From assembly GCA_951406725.2 (NCBI GenBank), contig OX597816.1, forward strand, positions 159,774,001 through 159,838,000: DNA of 64,000 nucleotides, given 5' to 3'. A program made the position numbers and the translations under genes. This document shows positions 10,919-22,980 of the stretch, piece by piece. A model generated the notes under the pieces. That model did not search any database, was not told the origin of the DNA, and saw only the letters and a list, made by a program, of their open reading frames with translations. The DNA comes from Octopus vulgaris. Lineage: Eukaryota. Each line of letters starts with the position of its first letter. Positions within the stretch are counted from its first letter, which is position 1.

Positions 10919-13049
10919 TTCTAGATCATTCTGTGAAAATAGTACCAACAGAATATAAACTTCCAACCGAGAGTATTACAAAAGTTTTCCCTAAAGAATT
11001 ACTGTTATTTACCATTATACATCCATCCAGTGACCTCTTCTGCAACCTTAATATTCTTAGTATTGCCAAAATAAGATTGTAAATTGTTATAGTTGTTAAC
11101 ATGCCAGATGACCTGCCTTGTGGTATTTACTACAGTACTTTGCATTCTGAGTTCAAATCCTACCAAGGTCAACTTTGCCTTTCACCCAGTGTAAAGCAGT
11201 AGATTGGCAGATATGATGACTCCCAGTATTTCTTCTAGCTCTTTGTGTTCTGAGTTCAAATCCTAATATAACCTTTTTGGACAGTGGAGTTAATTTGTCT
11301 GCTGGTTTAACACGACTACCTGGTCCTTGGTGCCTTTATGAGAGTCTACTTTATTGCAAGTATTTGAATCAGGTCCCCAGTTGAAGAATGCCTTTCTGTC
11401 TCCTCATTCCCACTAATTTAAATGTCCAGTAAAGTATCATAGGCACTGCATTTTCTCCTGACTAAAAGTTAAAAAGATTTTATCTGAGAGCCTGAGCTAA
11501 AGTTTGTATTAGTCCTTAGATATCACTGACATTCTGCAAGGTCCAAATATGATCCAAAAGGAAATATATCTTCCATTCTGCTGGTTTACCTAAAAATGCA
11601 TTTAAGAGAAAGTTATTTACTTAATCCCTAATTGTGTTATACTTTTATCAATTGAACCCTTCATAAATATAGAGAATTTAAATATTTAAAGCTCTTATTG
11701 AGACCCTGGTCAGCCATATAAAGCAGACCTATAATCAAACATTCTCAAATATTTTTTACTTTCATTTTATTTTCAAAGTCTGTCTTGACCTACATTATAC
11801 AATGCATTCCCAATTTATGTTTGATGATTACCAATTAAATTAACAAAGTTGATACAAGTGATGAAACCTACGGTTAAATACAATATGTGGACTTGTAATT
11901 GTTATAAATTATATTATACTGGGACAAAGGAGTTGTTGCATGTGAGAGAAAGACTACGTAGAGATACTTTATATGTATTATCTAATTCAGGGTTTTGTGT
12001 TCAAATCTTACAATGATCAAATTATAAGGTGAAAATCATGATCCAATATTGTGCCTCTTACAGGAAAAATATTTCCTTCACCAAATTAACTAGTCCTCTT
12101 CAGACCAAACAAGTTGCTAAATGCATCTGATTCAATACTTTTGTCTCTCTTCCTCTTTATATTTTCTCTCTTTTCTTGTGGGTTTTCATCAAAGATGAGC
12201 TAACATTCCTAATTCTGAAGGACCATTTCTGTTGAATTTCACATATTGAATACTTTTAGAGATTATGAATCATCAAAAGCTGCTTAACTATTTTCCTCCT
12301 GGACTGTGGTGATGGGTAAAAGATGAGGTGATATATTTTAATGAGGTGATGTATTTTATTTTTCCCCCGAGAAAGGAAAACCTATCACAAATTCTCATTT
12401 TCTCTGCTCTATAGATTTGGGGCTTTGTGTTCATATAAATACAAACATAATATAAAACCAAAAATATATATATTATGTAATGATAATGGTATAGAGCATC
12501 GAACTAATTACTTTACAATGTGTGATTTCCTCATTTTGACGTCCCGGTATTGACATCACTTATCATCCTTCCGGGTTCGATAAGTACCAGTGAAATAACG
12601 AGGTTGATATAACTGACTACATCTCCCAACTGAAATGTGGATTCGTTATGTATGTTAGAAATTATTCGTTAGGGTAGTGATGAAGATGTCACTTGTAATA
12701 GAAGCAGTATTTAGTGATACTTTAGATACAGTATCTAATTCTGGATCTTGTGTTTTTGCGTTCAAACCTTGCTATAGTCGACTTATGTGCTGATACACGA
12801 GCTCGATAAAATAAATTATCAGCATCCGTACCTTTTTTTTTTTTTTTAAACCAAAAAGGTGCTTGGTCTTAAGTAAAAGAAATTAGTATCATTATAGTTT
12901 TTAGCAGTCGAAGCATCAAGTTTTTAGCAACAGTAATAGAGCAGAACAGCACATCATCATACGGTATTAGCAACAGCAGCTGTAGTAATAGCAACAGCAA
13001 CTGTAATATTAGCAACAGTAGCAGATATCGTTGTGCAATGCAAACTATA

Positions 13050-13230
13050 AACCGCTTCTGTTCCCAGAAGCCGTTAGTAATCGACTGTCTGCACATTATT
13101 TATGTTAATGAGAGCAGCGAACGTCAGCAAGCTAACGCGCATGCTCAATCTCATGCCAATATCTACGGGGCTGCGTCTTTGAAAAGCAAGGGCACCGCAC
13201 CCTGGTAAAGCGGATAGCGACCGGGAAAAA
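13050..13230 (+). promoter_or_regulatory. probable promoter/TSS region of the G-beta gene
   Basis: Local CpG/GC enrichment in CpG-poor DNA; NRF1-like GCGCATGCTC at 13137-13146; directly upstream of a consensus splice donor. Confidence 0.5.
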
Positions 13231-13367
13231 AAATAATAATAATAATTTCTTATAATTTACATTGAAATTCATGCTACATGAACAGGAAATAGGAACGTAC
13301 AGTTAACGTGCTTTATAGTGTTCAAAAAAATCGGTGGATTTCTTTATATACTATTGTTTAATTAAGG
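13170..13367 (+). other. GNB1: probable non-coding first exon of the G-beta gene (start approximate)
   Basis: Ends at a strong donor AGG|GTAAGT (13368); the ATG exon is preceded by an acceptor at 16365-16366, implying an upstream UTR exon. Confidence 0.5.
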
Positions 13368-16300
13368 GTAAGTATGAAGACAGTATGTCTTTCCATAACG
13401 TCGTGTGGTTTTTCCTATTGAATGATCTCTTTTCGCCTTTTTTGTTGTTTTATTTATCATAATTTGGAGCCGATCACCTTCCTTGTATCTTTTGTTGTTT
13501 CATTACTAAATTGTTACGTTCTTACACCATTAAATGCATGATTGAAATGTGCATTTCGGTGTCCACTTAGCTTTCAAATTCCTCTTCATATCTGTATGTA
13601 TGTATATATATGTGTATATATCTGATAGAATATGGTTGCCGATAATGCATCAGATGACACACTATACGGGCTGTCTAATCTTGATAATGAATAATTTCCT
13701 CTTCACCATAGCCGTACCACATACATCTGATTGCTTTATCGGCAACCATATTCTTTAAAGACAAAACAAGAATTAACATCCAATTTCGACATCTAATCAA
13801 AATGGTTGTATAATAAAAATGTGTGCCACAGCTAGTTGTTAGCCGCTTATTCTTCATTACATGGCTGCACAGTTGTTACATGCACAATTTTGTCGAGTGA
13901 TATTCATCACACCACACATTAGAAATGGACACACACAGCTTAGATTAACTCGAATTAAACACCAATGTTGTGAAATACAATTTAAATGATATATTTTACT
14001 GTTAAAAAAACATCCTTCGACATTTTTCGATTATTTTAATGTTCCTCGTCTCTTCTTCGCCTCGCCTCCAAAAATTCCTCAAATATCCTGATATTTGTTG
14101 CAGACTTTCATTCGATCTTGCATCGCCTGATAGATTATTACTTAAATCAATCACCTGGACCACCTCTTTTTCCTTTCTTATAGACATTAGTTTTCCATCC
14201 TAGATTTTTTTTTTTTTAATTATCGCATCTATTTCCCCCTTTATACATAATATTTAAAAGAAATGCTTTCATTTCTCAATATCTCACATATCCCTGTTTT
14301 GTTTGTAGTTGTCTTTTTTTTAGTTAAATTCTTTTCATTTCGGTTCAGAATTAATTTAACAGTAAATTAAACAATATAAATTATTTAATTGCTATAGACG
14401 ATCAAGTACATAAGAGTTTTAAAAGCTTCCTCTATTTAACTTAAATTTTATTAGATGTCATGTTGACTTATAAACTGATTTTTATTATTCTACGACAATT
14501 ATTTTTCTATAACAATAATATTTTTAAAAAACTCCTCATTCTGACAGATTTACTTTGTTTTCTGTGACATTGTCATTGTTTTTACGTTGACTATATATTT
14601 TTTTTTTACTGTATATGGAGCTTTCTTTTTTAAATGTCTGTCTTGGAAATGTCACTTGACAGAAACGAGAATAGCTATACATTTGGTTGTGTATGTAATA
14701 TATATATATATATATAGTCACTTCTATGTGTGTGCATATACCTCCAGCTATTAATAAAATATGTGTGTATAATATAATATATATAGTACTCTGCAAATAA
14801 GCATCGAGTTGTCTTTTGCTTTTTTTGACTGTTTTAAATTGGAGTGTGTGTGTGTCTGGATGAATATATGTAGATAATTAAGGAAAGAGATTATGAGGAA
14901 CTCTGTAAATTTATTAAGCTCTTTTCCATCCAAGAATCGTTTGTTTAGAATGTTTTGTGTAAGTATTGTTGTTGTTGAGGTAACAATACTGAGGAGGTGT
15001 GAGCGATGTTTTAAAAAAAAAAAAAAAAAAAAACAGTGGTAGAGCAGTAGCAGGCCAGCCAGCAAGTCAGCCACCATTGCTATATTCAACATGGCGAGAG
15101 TGGAGAATAATTAATGTCTTCATTGAGCACCACCTTCGCTCTGACGTAAAATGCCAATATACACCACTCATTCTTGCTTTTAATTCTCTCCCTTTTAAAG
15201 CAATCTTGATGCAATTCTATGCTAAATATCTTTTTTGTGGCTATATCGCCGAAACTTTATATATATATAAATATATATATATATATTTATAATGTGTGTG
15301 TGTGTGTGTGTAGCTCTGGCGATATAACCGCAAAAAATATTTTGCATTACATATATATTATATATACGCGCGCGCACACTCATTTATAAGGATATATATT
15401 AGTGTCATCAGTTTCGAGCGAATAAACTAAATACATTAAATACATTAAAAATACATTAAATACATTAAAAATTTCATTTTCCATTTCTACACATTTACTT
15501 ATGTTTATATATATACAAAATATTTTTGCGGTTATATTTCAATCGTTTTGCACACACGCATATATGTCTATACATAAAGATATATAAAGATATATATATA
15601 TGAGAGAGAAATTCATAGATAGGCATTTTTTTCTCCGATTCCATTTTCCATTATTCCAAATTACTGTACTTAATATAGTTGTTTCTCAATAAAGATGTTG
15701 CTAAAATATTCAGATATTTCCTACGTGAACTAGTTTTTTTTTTTTTGTTTTTTTTCTCTCCATCTTATGTCGTCTACTAAATCTTCACTCTGCCTAGATT
15801 CCATCCTTTATCGTTATTAAAATTTTGCAATATGTAATATATATATATGTATGTATGTATGTATGGGAGATAGAGTTAGCTTGTCTAACTTTCATCAAAA
15901 CGACTCTTCCCATCAAAATCGTCAATCGTCATTAATGAATCGTAAGTGTTGAAAGCCTTACATCACGGTTTAAACTTCCGTTTATTTTAGCTCAACACAA
16001 TTTTCTTATGGCTTGTCTCTAAAATTGTCCAGTCTTTCTCCATCGCCAATCTAATTAAAATGTTAGCATTTTTTTTATTTATTCTTTCTCCTCTTGCAAT
16101 TTTAATGTGTTCTTTTAATCATTTGTTGACAGTGTTACCGAAAACAGTTAGCTTATAATGAGGTTAATAACGGCTTAGGTTGAGGGAGTGGTCGTAGTAG
16201 TAGGATTTTAATTTGTTTCCACCTTATCTATTAGAACATATCGACTACACCTTGAATCCAGTCAATTAGCTCGGCTTTTCTCACTTCACTTTCGACGTTT

Positions 16301-16388
16301 TCCAGGTTTTCACTTCGTTCATACAACTTCTGTTGGAGACTCATATTTTAAACTTCATTTTTTCAGTGAGATAACAAAAAAATCAACC

Positions 16389-16448
16389 ATGACTAGCGAA
16401 CTTGAAGCATTACGGCAAGAGACCGAACAGTTGAAAAACCAAATTAGG
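16389..16448 (+). CDS. GNB1: G protein beta subunit, coding exon 1 (MTSELEALRQETEQLKNQIR)
   Basis: G-beta N-terminal coiled coil; ACCATG context; donor GTAAGT at 16449. Confidence 0.97.
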
Positions 16449-16884
16449 GTAAGTTTCTGCTTTGTTTATTTTATATACCTATTTATATAGGTTTATTTTT
16501 AAACATTCGAAATATATTTTTGTTTTGGAGATTTGGAATGAATTTAAACGTTTAAATTTCTTCGTATGACCCTGTACACTCTCATAATATTTGATTTTCA
16601 AATCCATTATTCATACATTAACAGAACTTCTTTTTGTGTGATGGAAAATTAATCTGTTATGAATCTCAAAAATATTTGTGGAACTGTCACAGAATTGCAA
16701 GCATGCCCCATAATAAACATTATTATTTAACTGTTATTGTTCTGTCAGCTTAGTAAATGTTTTGCCTAACAAAAGTGAAATACTAGTAATGTATCCATTA
16801 TTCGTAATAACATTTGGCTATCCCTCAGTATGTGTGTGTATCTATGTGCTTTAAGTTATCAAATTAACCCTTTCTGATTATTAG

Positions 16885-17030
16885 GAAGCTCGGAAAGCTG
16901 CTGCCGATACAACGTTAGCAATGGCAACAGCAAATGTGGAACCAGTTGGAAGGATACAAATGAGAACAAGGCGTACACTCAGAGGTCACTTGGCCAAAAT
17001 ATATGCCATGCATTGGGCATCAGATTCTCG
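16885..17030 (+). CDS. GNB1: G protein beta subunit, coding exon 2 ([10 protein letters not shown]...[28 protein letters not shown])
   Basis: Signature [18 protein letters not shown]; AG/GT boundaries; phase consistent. Confidence 0.97.
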
Positions 17031-19998
17031 GTATGTTTTCATTTTAGACTTGATTTAAAATTTCATTGAATCTATTGTAAAAGTATTTACTCATCTTTCT
17101 GGGATGGAATGTGGAACTTTTACTGCTTTATTGTAATTTTGCTAAATGAAAAATTAACATTTACCAGGTCTCAAGTGCATTAGTATTTAAAAGGCTGGTA
17201 ACTGCTTGAATTGTGAGCTTTGTTATCTTGTGTAGTTAAAATACTCGACTAAATTTTATGTAGAATGCCAGACAGTCCAACCTGTTTTGTTGCTTTTGAT
17301 TGACTTGTTATAAAAACAATATTTTGATTACCAGGTTGATATTACTATATTACAAAATTTTTAATTGCCAATTGTACAACTAAATGTATGTGTATTTGAG
17401 ACGTTTCGACTTTTAATCCCTTGTTTAGTATTCTCTTGAATAATTTTTTAATCTTGTTGGTAGTGGATTAAGCTGTGGTTAGAATAAAACATCTTGTCTT
17501 TTAGCTCCTCATTTAATCAGATTAATACTTCTGATGTGTTGTTTTATTTTTGTGTAGTAAGTCCTCTCTGTTGCTATTAGCATTTAAATTGTATTTTACC
17601 CAATTTTGTTTTATATCTAATTAACATACTTGAAGATTAGATGAGTTAATAATGAAGGCAAATATTGCTAAATTCAAAATGCAGGACTGAACATTATGTG
17701 CAATGTAAATTAGAATGGCCACTTAATTACTTGAAACCGAATGTATATGTGCTGTAGCGAAATCTAGTACTACTTTAAAACTAGTAATCATAAACTCCAT
17801 TTAAAAGTTAAAGGCTGCTATGTTGGAAATAGTTGAGTGGCTTCTTAACTGTCTAATTTAATTAAATAAATAAAATGTCTTTCCAAATATTTGCTTCTAG
17901 TTTTTTTTTTTTTGTTTGTTTCCCATTCTTAGCATGTTTTATTGTAGTGTATTCATATAGACATCAAATAACTCCAGGTCAACATAGCTCTCAAGAATTG
18001 GTTTGATGGACTTGATTAATGGTCTTCATGAAAAAAAAAAAGCAACTGTAGATTTTCCCCCACATAATCTAACAACTTAATCGTATGGTTATGATTTTTG
18101 TACAATCGGCATATTGGAGGATATTCCAGATGTTAAGAATATCTTCAACTATGTTGGTTTTCTGTTACATGATTGTATTTGATGGGCTTTATAACTGAAG
18201 CAAATTTACTTTTAGCTATCAAATGAGCATCATTAATTTCAGTTTTGTTTTTCTTTCCACTATCTGCGTGAGAACAGAAGGTAATATTATTTAAACAATT
18301 TGGCACTTTTTTGCTTGAATATGGTTTTTCATTTTATAGATATCAGAAGGCAAATATGTTGATATTCATTACCTCACAAATTGGCTTTTCTTCTAAAGCT
18401 GATTGCTTTTCTCTAGTGACTAGATTTTATTTTTTTTATTTTGTGTATATTTTTAGTTTCATTTTCTCTTTTTGCTTTTCTCTTCTGATGAAAGCCATTT
18501 TAATTCTTTTATTTCTTGTTTGTCTGGGTTTTCATCCTTTTATTTTATCTCCATAACTTTACCTAGCCGGGTAGTTTGTCATGCTTAAATATTGACAAAA
18601 ATTGGTATTCCTGATTGCATGTTTGTACACCTGTTTGCTATATCTACTGCACCTGGATTTACTGTGTAGCATTTAGTCATGCCTTAACTTTTAATCTAAA
18701 ATGTAAAATTTACCTGTTGAACTATAGTGTTCTATTTTGGAGGGAAATTTTACTGTTAGCTTTAAAAATAAAATATTACTTTAACACTTTTCATGAAAAG
18801 TTTAATTTGGGTTGGGAAATTTAACTATTCAGTCTAATTACACTTAAACTTTATTAAATTCTCTCTTGAGAACTTCATTGCTTATTGGCAAATATTTGGG
18901 GAATATAATAAATCTATTATATATACATATATATTTTATATAAAAACTATAAAATGACTTAAATTTTTAGTCCTGAAAATTTGAATTTCTAAGATTCCTT
19001 TTTTTAGAAATTCATCTTTTTAAATTTAAGGCAAAAAACAGTTAAAGGCTTTATTCACTATAGAGAGTACTTTCCAGAAATTTATGCACTGTCTATATAT
19101 TTTCACACATTTCACCACTTCTGAAATATTTATTGTAGGCAATAGTTCACTTTGAATATCTCACTCTTTTTTGCATGAACATTCTAAAATTTAATTGCAA
19201 ATGTTGCTAACATTCAGAAATTTGTTGAAATTGATTAATTTATAAAAGATTAAGTTTTATACTTTAAACATTAAAATTTAGCTTGGAATCTTGGAATCAT
19301 AGCTTTTTTTCTTTCTAGATAATTAACTAGGTAGTAAAAGAAATTAAATATATGTATTTAATAGTGTAATATCAAATACTTTTCCTAACGAATATGTTTT
19401 TACATATTTCTTTCAAAAGGATATGTATATTATTTACATCTGGCCATATATAGAAGATTGAAACTGCAGATTAATACATTTTCCATATGAAAATATTGAT
19501 GCTACTTTAAAGTTAAATCATTTCTTCAGCATAAAAATTTACATGAAGTGTTTTTGTAATGTTTTGTTTTCATAAAACATTTTGAGATTTGAGTGTGTGT
19601 GTTTGTTTAAATTATATACACATGCACACATATAAATATATGTGCATACATTCTGTGTATGCATGCTGGTTTTCAAGCTACATGAGTAGCAAGTTACAGG
19701 ATACAGTCAGTTACATTATTGATTTCATCCCAGATGGCATTACTGGTTTTGAATGTATTTATGTAGTACCTTTTGACTTTTACCCCTGAAATATATTACA
19801 TAACTTGAAAATGTTTTAAAGCATTAAGTGAAATGTCACCTTTTTTTTAATCCAGTTTTTAAAATGTATACTTTTCTAATTTTAAACTTCATTTTAGTCT
19901 AAATTTTGCACTTACAAATGTTTTCCAGTTATATCAATGTACTATTAAGTTCATAGATACCACCCTCATTTGAATATTTTGTATTTCTTTCAACTCAG

Positions 19999-20062
19999 GA
20001 ATTTAGTATCAGCTTCTCAAGATGGTAAACTAATTGTATGGGATGGTTACACAACAAACAAG
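19999..20062 (+). CDS. GNB1: G protein beta subunit, coding exon 3 ([21 protein letters not shown])
   Basis: WD40 repeat motif; CAG acceptor and GTAAGT donor. Confidence 0.97.
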
Positions 20063-20785
20063 GTAAGTTAGTGTATCATTTTTTCTTAATATGCAAATAG
20101 TCCTTAATGTTAAAGTTCTCTGCTAAACAGTATTTTCTACCTCCAATCACTAAAGATTAAACAGTATTATGAATTTTTATTTTTAAGCCTCTCTTGCTAC
20201 TTAAAACTGTATTACAGTGTGTGTGTGTGTATAATATAGGTAGCTTATTAGCAATTTAACAATCTAATGGCAAATTTATAGACGTAACTTAAGTACTATG
20301 TGGTACTGGCATTGCTAGAAATAAGTCAAAACAACTCAACAGCTACAAATACATTGTCTTAATAACTGGTAAGGAAGATAAGTTCCCTAGCAGACAGATC
20401 ACCAGTGATTTCAAATTTTAATGCAGAGCATTTTAATTCTCATCAGTGGCTCTTGCTGCACCTAGGGTTAAAATCAACTCACCTTGTCAGCTTATAAGAA
20501 AACTCTTGAACTCGTACACTGATTTCAAAAACAGTAAAAGTGAAAACTATAAATAATATAGGTGGCTTATTAGCAATTTGACAACCTAAAGGCAAATTAT
20601 ATATTTGTATCTCACTGCAGATCTTTTGACTGGTGGTCAGTTCTTATATAGATCTGATGTTTGGGGGTTTCTTTTTGTGTGTGTATCTTGCTGAAAAGAT
20701 TGAGCTCTTGAAAGAGTGATTTTATATTGAAATCCTTGTGTTAATATTTGCTTTATAACTTATTAAATATATTTTTATATTTTAG

Positions 20786-21016
<231 letters not shown>

Positions 21017-21858
21017 TAAGTAATTCACTTGTCCCTCAAAATAAGCATCCATATAGACTATTCACATTATTTCCATATCCATAACTGATTCTTAATTTTA
21101 CAACAGCTGTAATCTTATATATTGAGCTAATGGATTAAAACTGAGCAAGTTTATTACTTGACTATAGTTAATCAGATATTGGACAATTTGTTCAGCTTTA
21201 TTTCCAAGATCTCTCTCTTCTCATAGTGTCACAGTTTGCTGCTTTGTTTTCAGTGATCTGTTGCAAATATTTCTTGGCCTATTTATATTCCTTACTGCTA
21301 TTTATTCAATCAGTTAACTCCACACCCTGCTTTGTTTTTTTTCCACTATTTTTATATCATTTATCCAACTGCATGTTCAGCAAGGTCATTTATCTAACTA
21401 AAAGTAGCCATTGATAAATATGTAGGCCACTTGGCAATTAGAACAATCACTGTATATTTCAACAAAACTCTTGGCTATGGTGCCCTTAAGAATGTTGATT
21501 GGTAAATATAGCTGTTTAGTGATGATCCTAAGCTTGTCCACTAAATAGAAGTGTTACTTGTTTCCTGTGGGCAATTTTTCTAATTAATAATTGAACACTA
21601 CTACTTATAATTTATCCCAGGTAGCATTGTATGTGTTACTTTTTCCTGAATTTATTATAATCTGTTAATGTATGTGTGTTCACTCTAATTTTATTTCCTT
21701 TGGGAAATGCTAAAAAACATTACCTCACAGATTTTTCTTAGTAGCCAGGTTAGAACGTAACACCTGATTTAAAATGCATTTTGGAGGTTTTTTTCTAAAT
21801 TCTCTTTTTTTAATTATTATTATTATTGTAATGTATTTGTATGATTTTTTTTTTGCAG

Positions 21859-21988
21859 TGCATTGTGGAATATAGAGACAGGAAATCAAATTACCTCTTT
21901 CACAGGTCATACAGGTGATGTAATGAGCCTTTCACTTGCACCAGACATGAACACTTTTGTATCAGGTGCTTGTGATGCTTCAGCTAAG
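21859..21988 (+). CDS. GNB1: G protein beta subunit, coding exon 5 (ALWNIETG...GACDASAK)
   Basis: [14 protein letters not shown] motif; polyT-GCAG acceptor, GTTAG donor. Confidence 0.97.
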
Positions 21989-22194
21989 GTTAGCACACAT
22001 CAACTTCATTTTCTTTTTCTTTGTTTTTTCTTATTTATATATTTTGTAATTTGATCAGTTATCTTCATTCTTTTGAAAACATTTCATAAAATTTGATTGT
22101 AGATCTCTATCTCTCCCTTTTAATAAGTTGTTACTTATATGAAGACTAAAAAAATATACAGAATTTCTTAGTAACAATAGTTATTATTTTTCAG

Positions 22195-22266
22195 CTCTTT
22201 GATATTCGTGATGGTATATGTAAACAAACTTTTACTGGACATGAATCTGACATAAACGCCATAACA
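22195..22266 (+). CDS. GNB1: G protein beta subunit, coding exon 6 ([24 protein letters not shown])
   Basis: GHESDINA motif; AG/GT boundaries, phase 0/0. Confidence 0.97.
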
Positions 22267-22365
22267 GTATGTGATACACTCTTTCTTAATTATATCTTTT
22301 GTTTGGACTTTGTTCTCCTTAGTTGGATATTGAAAATTTGCTGAAATTTAATTTTTCTTTTGTAG

Positions 22366-22582
22366 TATTTCCCCAATGGATTTGCCTTTGCAACTGGCTC
22401 CGATGATGCTACTTGTAGATTGTTTGATATCCGTGCCGACCAGGAAATTGGAATGTATTCACATGACAATATTATATGTGGAATTACATCAGTTGCCTTT
22501 TCTAAAAGTGGTCGTCTTTTACTTGGCGGTTATGATGATTTCAACTGCAATGTCTGGGATGTCCTTAAACAGGAACGAGCTG
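22366..22582 (+). CDS. GNB1: G protein beta subunit, coding exon 7 ([21 protein letters not shown]...QERA)
   Basis: [25 protein letters not shown] and [11 protein letters not shown] motifs; AG/GT boundaries. Confidence 0.97.
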
Positions 22583-22839
22583 GTAAGAAACAGTAAAACT
22601 TTTTACTCTAAGCTTCTGAACTTCTAATTTTCGAACCATTATTTTTAATCTGATTTAGAATTATAGCTGCTAGAGAAAAGGTTTTAAAACAAATGCAGTA
22701 GCATACTGTGACTATTAACACACTTCAGTTATTTTTCTTCAACAATGTTCTTTTCTTTTTTACTTTTGTAAGTTTACAAACCTGTCTAGATACCTAATTG
22801 AAACTACTTCATAAGAAACTCATCTTTGAGATGGGATGA

Positions 22840-22980
<141 letters not shown>

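Noticed and set aside
12869-13096. Leu-rich 75-aa ORF upstream of the G-beta promoter
   Set aside because: Derived from a degenerate (CAG/TAG/CAA)n repeat; no splice or homology support.
20232-20598. ~45-bp direct repeat in the G-beta intron as duplicated alternative exons
   Set aside because: Non-coding, no G-beta similarity and no paired splice sites; likely a small local duplication.
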